Part shown: positions 56,801 through 64,000 of the stretch, piece after piece
Numbering within the stretch: position 1 is the stretch's first letter
How the letters are laid out: every line of letters begins with the position of its first letter
Program-made: the position numbers and the translations under genes
Notes under the pieces: generated by a model
What the model saw: the letters and a program-made list of their open reading frames with translations, nothing else
Told to the model about the DNA's origin: nothing
Databases searched by the model: none
Source: Mantamonas sphyraenae STR306
Lineage: Eukaryota; Protista; CRuMs
DNA: 64,000 nt
Direction: 5' to 3'
Assembly: GCA_026936335.1 (NCBI GenBank)
Contig: JAPMXV010000029.1
Coordinates: forward strand, 124,001 to 188,000

Positions 56801-59792
56801 CGCTTCATGAGCGTGTTCCACACACGCAGCGGGGCGTTGCCCTTGCGGTGACCCAGGCGGTCGTTGTGGGCCAGCCAGAACGCAGGCGCAAAGTGCTCCA
56901 GCAGCGGGACGTCGGGCACAATGGCCTTGAGCACATTGCACAGACGGACACGGTTGGACGCATTGCCACCCACCACGCCACTCACATCAGTGTTCAACGA
57001 CGCCGGCTTGGCATCCACAGACTCATCGGCTGGCGACGACGAGCTCGAGGACGAGGAAGAACCAGACGATGATCCAGAAGAGCTGTTGCTGCTGCTGCTT
57101 CCTTTGCCACTCTTTCCTCCCTTTCCTCCCTTCTTTCCTCCCTTTTTGCCATCCATGCCAAACAGCACCGGGGCTTGCTTTTTGCCCTTCTTCTTGCCGC
57201 CCGACTTTTTGCTTCCACCGGACGACTTGCTGCTGCTGCTGCTGCTACTCTTGCCATCCTTGGTCTCACTCGATGAGGCTGAAGAGGAAGAGGCGCCGGC
57301 TGAGCTGCTGCTGCTCTGCTGCTGGCCATCGTCATCCTCGGACTCCAGACTGGAGTAGGAGCAGCCGTCGAAAAAGTTGCTTGTGCGAGGCAGGGGAAGA
57401 GTTGCCAGGACCTTGGCATAGGCCTCCATGAGCAGAGTGCTCCACTGAGCCTGTGTGTCGTTGGCAAGAGTCTTGACGGTGCGTGTGACCTGGGCCCGGC
57501 TCTGCCAGGGACTCTTGAGCTGAAGAGTGACCAGTGTCTTGGCCAGGGTGAGAGGCATGGACTTGCCAACCGCCTGCACGTGTGCAAGGTGAGAGCACAA
57601 CAAAGTGGCCACCAATTGGGCATGGGCGGTCACGTGACCTGCAGTCTGCAGCATGGGCACAAGGTGGAGCAGGTTGTTGGCGTGGCTGTTCAACAGCAGG
57701 GTCCACACCCCACCGCTCTTGAGCTCGTCGTCCAGAGCCACGTCGTCGACACTGGCTCGCACAAGCACAAGGGCAGCCATGATGCCCTCGTCGTGACGTT
57801 TGGGCTTGTTGATGGCAGCCTGGATCAGACCCACCAAAGGGGTCTTGAGGGGACGCAGCTGCACACGCAGACTGGGCTTCCCGTGTTCCAGCACATCCAC
57901 AATGGACTGCAGGGCCACCAGGTTGTTTGCACTCTGGTCTGCCTTGAACACAGTGGCCAGAGCATCCAACACTGCCTGGGGCCACTCTGTGCTGCGCAGC
58001 ATCCACTTGCTCACTGTGCGGAGAGCCTGTTGCAGAGCTTCCTCCGACGTGGCCTTGCTCACAAACGCAGCCAATCCCGTCAGGGTGGCATCCACCTCCT
58101 GCTCCTGGCTCAGCTGGGCGGGACTCGCTGTCAACGCCTCCATTGCCTGCAACGCGGCCGTGCGTTGGTAGGCATAGGCCAGGTTGGTACCCTGCAGCTC
58201 AGCCAGGTACTGTTGCGCCAGGGCACCCACTGTGCTTGCGTCGCTGGCCTTGGCCAGGGCAGACTTGTAGCATTGCACAAGAAGCTTGTTGTGCTCGGGC
58301 GTGGCTTGCTCCGAGGCAAGCAGGAGTGGGTCCAGCATGGGCACGAGCTGTTCCTGAAGATACCTGCTTGTATCCAAGCGAAGGGCATCCAGAAGGATGG
58401 GCAGCTTGGACGTCAGGGCCCACGTGTCTCGCTTGCGAGCCAGAGTCAACGCAGGCATCACCTGCTCCACAAACACATCGTGGCTCACTTCGCTCACAAG
58501 AGCATCCATGAACGCCAATCCATGGTCTGCGTCTGTGCATGGCAACACATGGCTGCACAGCAGTTCCATCAGGAGTGGCTGCGGGGGAGAGGCATCCAGG
58601 GGCACGCGGGGTGTGTTAGCGCAGCGACGTGCATGCCACTCGTGCCATGAGACACGCAAACGCGTTTGCATGAACGCAACAAAGGGAGGGGGAGGAGACA
58701 CAGAGGGCGTGGACACTCACCATGCTGTCCTTGAGCTGGTCGTGCATTTGGCGAGCGACACAATGGTACACAAGAGCACCCACCAGGGGCGCACTCTGGT
58801 TGTTGTGATACGTGTCGGGTTCCTCAGCAATGACCTGCATGTAGGCTGCAAACCAGGACTGGTCAGAGACCTGTGGGGAAGCGGGCATGGACCAGGGCGG
58901 GCCAAATGGAGGCCATGCATGTGTGTGTGAGCCGACGGTGCGGGAGGTAGGGCAGAGAGAACAGGGCACCAACATACGGCGTCGAGAGCAACACCCATGC
59001 GGTTGCGGACAGCATTAAAGATGCGACGGGGAGCCACGATGCTGAGTCGATGGAGGAGCATGGCGTGGAGCTGGACCAAGCGGACAAAGGCAGCGTGCTT
59101 GTGCAGAAGCAACGCAGTGGCATGCTCCAACAACACAAAGGACCAGTCGAGAAGAACCTGGACACGCGCACATTCTTTCCAGGGACAGCAGGCAACGCAG
59201 CCTCCTGTTTGCTGGTGTTGAGGAGCTGCTTAAAGAACCAGGGCACCAGCTTTGGCTGCTGCTTGCACGCTGCTGCCACAAACCCGGACACCACACGCTG
59301 TGCATGCTTCTCCTGCACTCGGTGCAGCGTGTCAAACACAATGGCGGCCATGGCTATCAGCTGTTCGTTGTCCAGCGCACGTCCTGCATCACGGGTGTGT
59401 ATTTTGGGCGTCGTCCGCGTGCGGGTGGGGGGTGTCAGGACTTTTCGTTTCCGCCGCCGGATCTTTCAGGGAAACACGGCCATGGTCCGGGCAGCCAGCA
59501 TCGACGCTGGCTTGGGAGCGTCTCTGCACAACCTACCTTGCATGAGGGTGGGCAGGAACGAGCCAAAGAGAAAGTCGAGGTAGGCAGCCGAGGCAGAGGA
59601 GGGCACGGTGTGGAAGAGAGTGAGATCAGGCTCCTCCCGCTCCACAAACAGCCGTGCCAGGGCCAGCTGCTGGGTGGACAGGTCGTGGTCCTCCATATTG
59701 AGGCCCAGAAAGGCACCCAGTCGCTGCACCTGCTCCTCATTCGGCAGATCCGACGTGTCGGATGATGACGAAGACGATGATGACGAAGACAT
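50809..59792 (-). CDS. GCN1: GCN1 translational activator of GCN2 (HEAT repeats), with spliced 5' exons
   Basis: [70 protein letters not shown] and TGPLIRVVGER motifs. Upstream exons lie at 58720-59792; their exact junctions are approximate. Confidence 0.92.
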
Positions 59793-59984
59793 TGCGTTGG
59801 ATGCGCGTGGGAAGACACCACACAGGTTTGCAACCACCCCCCTCCCCCTCTACCCTCTGTTTTGATTTGGGTCTCTCTGTGTGTCTGTGTGTCTCACTCT
59901 TCTCTGCTGCATCACCCTGCTGAAGGAGAGAAAGGTGGAGCGCCCCAGGGCCACCACCCAAACACACACACACACACACACACC
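59793..59984. promoter_or_regulatory. Short divergent (bidirectional) intergenic region with (CA)n tract
   Basis: Only ~190 bp separates the head-to-head ATGs of GCN1 (59792, minus) and the HEAT gene (59985, plus). Confidence 0.4.
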
Positions 59985-62900
59985 ATGAGTGGACCCTCTG
60001 GAAAGTACGTCCCCGACTGGGATACCCTTCTGCAGAACCTGGAAGAGGCCCTGGATACCACCCCAAAGACTCGTGACGCTGACTACAAAGCATTGGTCAA
60101 CTCCCTGGATGCCCTCAACGACGAAGTCAAGTCGGGTACGTGCACATCCACACCCTTCTTCCCATCCCCATCCCCCCTCCCGCCTCTGCTGTCCCATCTC
60201 CGCCTTTCGTCTGCAATTCCACGTGCAGAGCGTCCGAGGAACGGAGCCGCACGGCCCATCGGCGAATGGAAGATCACGAATGCGCGCGCTGCCGAACAGT
60301 TGGACCCGTGCGCATGAGGTGCAGCATGGAACGGACATATGCCAGCAGGAACCCCATGTGCACATGATTCAGTGCCATGGGGATGCCAAATGGCACATAC
60401 GGAAGCCAGCATGCGGAGGGGCAGACGGACGGCGGGGGAAAAAGGGCGGAAACGCAGCAGGGCGTCGATGAAAAATGACTGACACAGGCGAGGACACACT
60501 GGGATCATGTGGATGGTGACGCACCCACCCACACACACACCCACACACACGAACACATGACACGGGTACAACAGGAGAGGACATCAGCAAGGTGGTGGCC
60601 ATGATTGTGCCGCTGTACAAGCGTGTGTTTGACTATCCGCACTGGAATCTGAAGCAGACGGTGGTGTTTGCATTCAACCACGTGTGGCAGGCCATTGGTG
60701 AACAGTCGCTGGAGTATCTGTTGGAGAGCCAACAGCCACCCAACAGCCATCTGTTGCCCCTGTGGCTGAGCAACCTGAGCAACAGCAAGCGAGAGATCCG
60801 CGACGCCACGGCACAGAACTTTGGCGTGTTGTCGGGCGTGCTGGGCAACCAACTGCTGGAACACATCCATGGCAGCCTGGAACAGGTGTTGGCTGGGGTG
60901 GGTGACGAGTGGGAGGTGCTGGAAGGCTGGGCCATGGGTCTCGGGTACATTCTGGCCAACTGCGCCGACATCAGCCAGCAGAACTTTGACAAGGTGTTTG
61001 AGGTGCTGGTGTTTTGCCAACCACCAGGCATTCCCATCGTACTCCAACTATGTGCGTCTTCATGCCATTCGTGCTCTGGCACGGGTCACTGCCAACCAGC
61101 TGCCGATGCTGGCCACCCAGGGCACTGTCCTGCGCACCATCATCCACGAGCACATGGGCGACCCCGACATGAACGTACGCAAGGCCACCGCCAGTTTGGC
61201 ACTGGCTTGGATGCGCATGCAGATGGCACAGGAGGCCACGGAGGAGGGCAAGGCCAACGTGGTCACCGAACAGCTGGCTGAGTTGGAAAAGGCAGTGGAG
61301 GGTGCCGAGTCGTGGCATGTGCGTCATGGAGGGGCGTTTGCCTTCAAGGTGATCTGTTTGGATCGCACCCTGGTGGCACACATGCCCCAGGACAGCGTGC
61401 TTGCGCTTGCCCAGTGTCTGTGCACCATCATCCGCAACGAACACACCGAGAGCAGCGAGCCCATGAGTGTCATGTGCAGTGCCAACAGCACAGCCAGCTC
61501 GGCTCTGGTCAAGCTCTTTGTGTCCCTGGATGCACAGGCTGCCCAGCTGCCCTGGTGGGATGCCACTCAGTTCTACCAGGACCATGTGCATGCCGAGATG
61601 ATGTACACCCTGGGTTCGCCCCAACCCACCCTTCTGGACGTGGGAGGCACCAACCTGCAGCTGCTCATGCAACGCCTGCGTGCGTTTATCCAACCCTACC
61701 TGCCCGAACTCATTGTGCTCGTGTACAAGAACCGCTTCCACGCCGCCTTGCCCATCCGTGACTCGGCCATGAAGACGTGGAAGTTGGCCATCAAGCTGGA
61801 CGCCGCTGTGGCTGATGACGAGGTGGCCTTTCTGGCCCAGTATGCGGATGCCATTGTGCAGCGTCTGCGTGAGCAGGCAGACAGCACCAACGCCGATGTG
61901 CGTGAAACCGTGTTCAAGGGTTTCCAGGAGGTGTTTGAGCTCAACCAACAGCTGCCCGAATCGCTGAACAACCGCAGTGCAGCGTTGGAGATGCTGTCCC
62001 TGTTGGAACAGGGCACCCTGGACGAGTCTGGAGGCAAGAACGCAGAGTTCCCTCGCGTGGCAGCCATCAACGCCCTGGCTGCGTTTATCCAGGCCACGGC
62101 ACCCACGTTCAAGGAGGACATGGAGTTCCGCACTCAGCTCAATGCCGTGCTGGTGCCTCTGAACCTGAAGCTGTTCTCGGACATGAGCGAGTTGATTGTG
62201 CAGGCGTCGCTGCGTACGCTGCAATCGATGGTGGTGGGCTATGGCATCGACCAGCAGACCCACGATGCATTGTATCCGCTGACGGCACCTGTGCTTGTGC
62301 TCACCCAATCGCAGATGGACGACGTCAAGTTCACGGCCATCCCTGTGCTGGCAGCCATGCTGGGCAACCTGCAGGCTCACCTGGAGGCTGAGCCGCAGCT
62401 GCTGGGTCACATCCTGCACGGTCTGCGTGGTCCGTTTGGTCTGTGTCCAGGGACCAACGACGAGGAGGAGATGCGCGAGAGCGTGTCGCAGGTGCTGCAC
62501 ATGCTGGGCGAACTGCGTGTGTTGTGTCAACTGGACTCGTTTGTGGACAGTGTGGCCGACGTGGTGTTGCTTGTGGGACAGGGTCTGTTGCCCGAGGAGA
62601 ACAGGGACAACATGATCATCCAGAGCAACTGCCTGGCCCTGCTTCTGCGACTCGTGCGCCATCCTGTCTTTGCCTCCTGGTATGCTGACAGTGCACAGAC
62701 ACACCCGCGTGCACACGCCATCGTCCGCCATCTTGTCAACATGATGCTGTGTCTCGTCAGCCACGGCGAGGACTTTGAGTACGAAGTCGACGAGGACCTG
62801 CTCAACCCGGAGGTGGAGTTTGAGGGCGGCGAGGACGAGGAGGATGACGATGAGAACGACGACGACGACGACGATGATGAGGATGAGGATGCGTTGGAAG

Positions 62901-64000
62901 AGGTGCCTCACTCGCAGCTGTACTTTACTCGTCTGGTGGCTGTGGTGAACATCCTGAAGCCGTTGCTGCCCCTTGTGGCGCAAGGCAACGCAGAGGCTGA
63001 GGGCAAGCTGTGGGCCAAGGTGTGGGGTCAACTGGGCAAGGTGCTTGCACTGGAGATGGAGGAGGAGACGGCGATGGCGTACCGTGTGCTGATTGCCTCG
63101 CTGGTGCACCATGACTTTGTTGTGCCCCAAGAGATGGTGGAGCAGGTGGGTGCTGGATCGCCGGCCTACCAGGAGTGGCGTGTCAACCATGCGTTCCAGG
63201 ACGTGGACACCAGTGCCATTGTGGAGCTGAACGACATTGGACGTGACTCGTGCACGCTGGAGCACCATGAGAACGCACAGCTGTACGAGCTGTCACTGGA
63301 GGAGGCAGCCAAGCACGACGAGGGGTCGCCCCTGGGACGAGCGGGCAAGCAGACGGCCATCCGAGTGCTTGCGACGTCAAGGCCCAGCGACAAGGCTCTG
63401 GTGGACCTTGTGGAGGAGGTGGCCACGTTTGTGGATGTGCCGGACAACGATGCCGAGTTTGAACAGGAGGATGATGACATGTACCAATGGCTGCAGTCGT
63501 CGCACAATGTGCACCTGTCTGTGTTCAGTTCGCAGACCGACCTCCTCAGCGTCTTCAAGGTGATCGACCACTTCTTTGAGCACAGCGACGAGGCAGAAGA
63601 GGAGGAGAACCTGGACAAGTGGATGCAGGACATGGGTCTCCTGTCTGCAGATGTGGGTGGGCAGGCAGAAAACGCCCTGGATCAGGACAAGCTCGCCGAG
63701 ATGTGCATCCTGGCACACGTGGCTTCCCAGGGCTACTTTGCCGTGTTTTCCCGCCGTGGCGAGCTGGCTGCCAACCTGGTGGACTTTGTGTCCTCCGCAG
63801 ATATCAAGGCTGTGGACGCCGACTTTTTCGTGTGGGTGTGCAAGGCCCTGCGTGCGCTGCTGGTCAATCTGCCCTCCGAGACGGTGGAGGCGTCGTGGAT
63901 TGACCGCCTGCTCACGCGCTGTGCCGCCAAGGAGTTTATGGACTCGTTCGATGGCCACGCTGTGATCCAGCTGTCCTTTGCTGTGGGTGCGCACCTGGGC
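59985..64000 (+). CDS. Large HEAT/ARM-repeat protein, ECM29-like in part; runs off window end
   Basis: Exons from MSGPSGKYVPDW (59985), ~60575-61003, and an open frame from ~61099 to the end. Contains HEAT-type DPDMNVRKA and ESWHVRHGG, and IQPYLPELIVLVYKNRFHAALPIRDSAMKTW, which resembles an ECM29 segment. Confidence 0.6.

Noticed and set aside
51154-57072. Long plus-strand ORFs (1278 aa and 681 aa)
   Set aside because: Antisense shadows of GCN1, with the H/Q/L-rich composition typical of reverse-frame translation.
60971-63268. 765-aa minus-strand ORF
   Set aside because: Shadow of the plus-strand HEAT gene, whose frame is missing from the ORF track only because it has no stop inside the window.

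Overview
This is GC-rich, gene-dense eukaryotic DNA, probably from a protist (taxon not determinable), with short GT-AG introns that are often C-rich. The left 23 kb is a tandemly duplicated cluster of ubiquitin-ligase-type genes: an RBR E3, two BTB-BACK-SPRY genes, an F-box-like family with 82-aa internal repeats, and an LRR-ankyrin gene. The right 40 kb is mostly housekeeping genes: a PHD/GATA protein, MFSD12, MARS2, a double cathepsin B, TTC27, an epimerase, an LRR protein, GCN1 and a HEAT-repeat protein. The standout is a ~5.9-kb insertion (about 15173-21065) interrupting the F-box-like array. It carries one intronless ORF of ~1850 aa. Its C-terminus is a Fanzor/TnpB-type RuvC plus zinc finger with an intact D-E-D triad and the Fanzor-type shifted glutamate. 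Its N-terminal third carries a full set of FEN1/XPG/XRN-like (PIN-fold) 5'-nuclease acidic motifs. The left end is a nested hairpin, and a candidate omega-RNA lies at the 3' end. This is a candidate giant two-nuclease RNA-guided element. A second oddity is a ~2,200-aa protein joining two degenerate acyl-CoA-ligase domains to AIR9/SCAB-like Ig and PH modules. All domain calls come from reading motifs by eye; no database searches were run.
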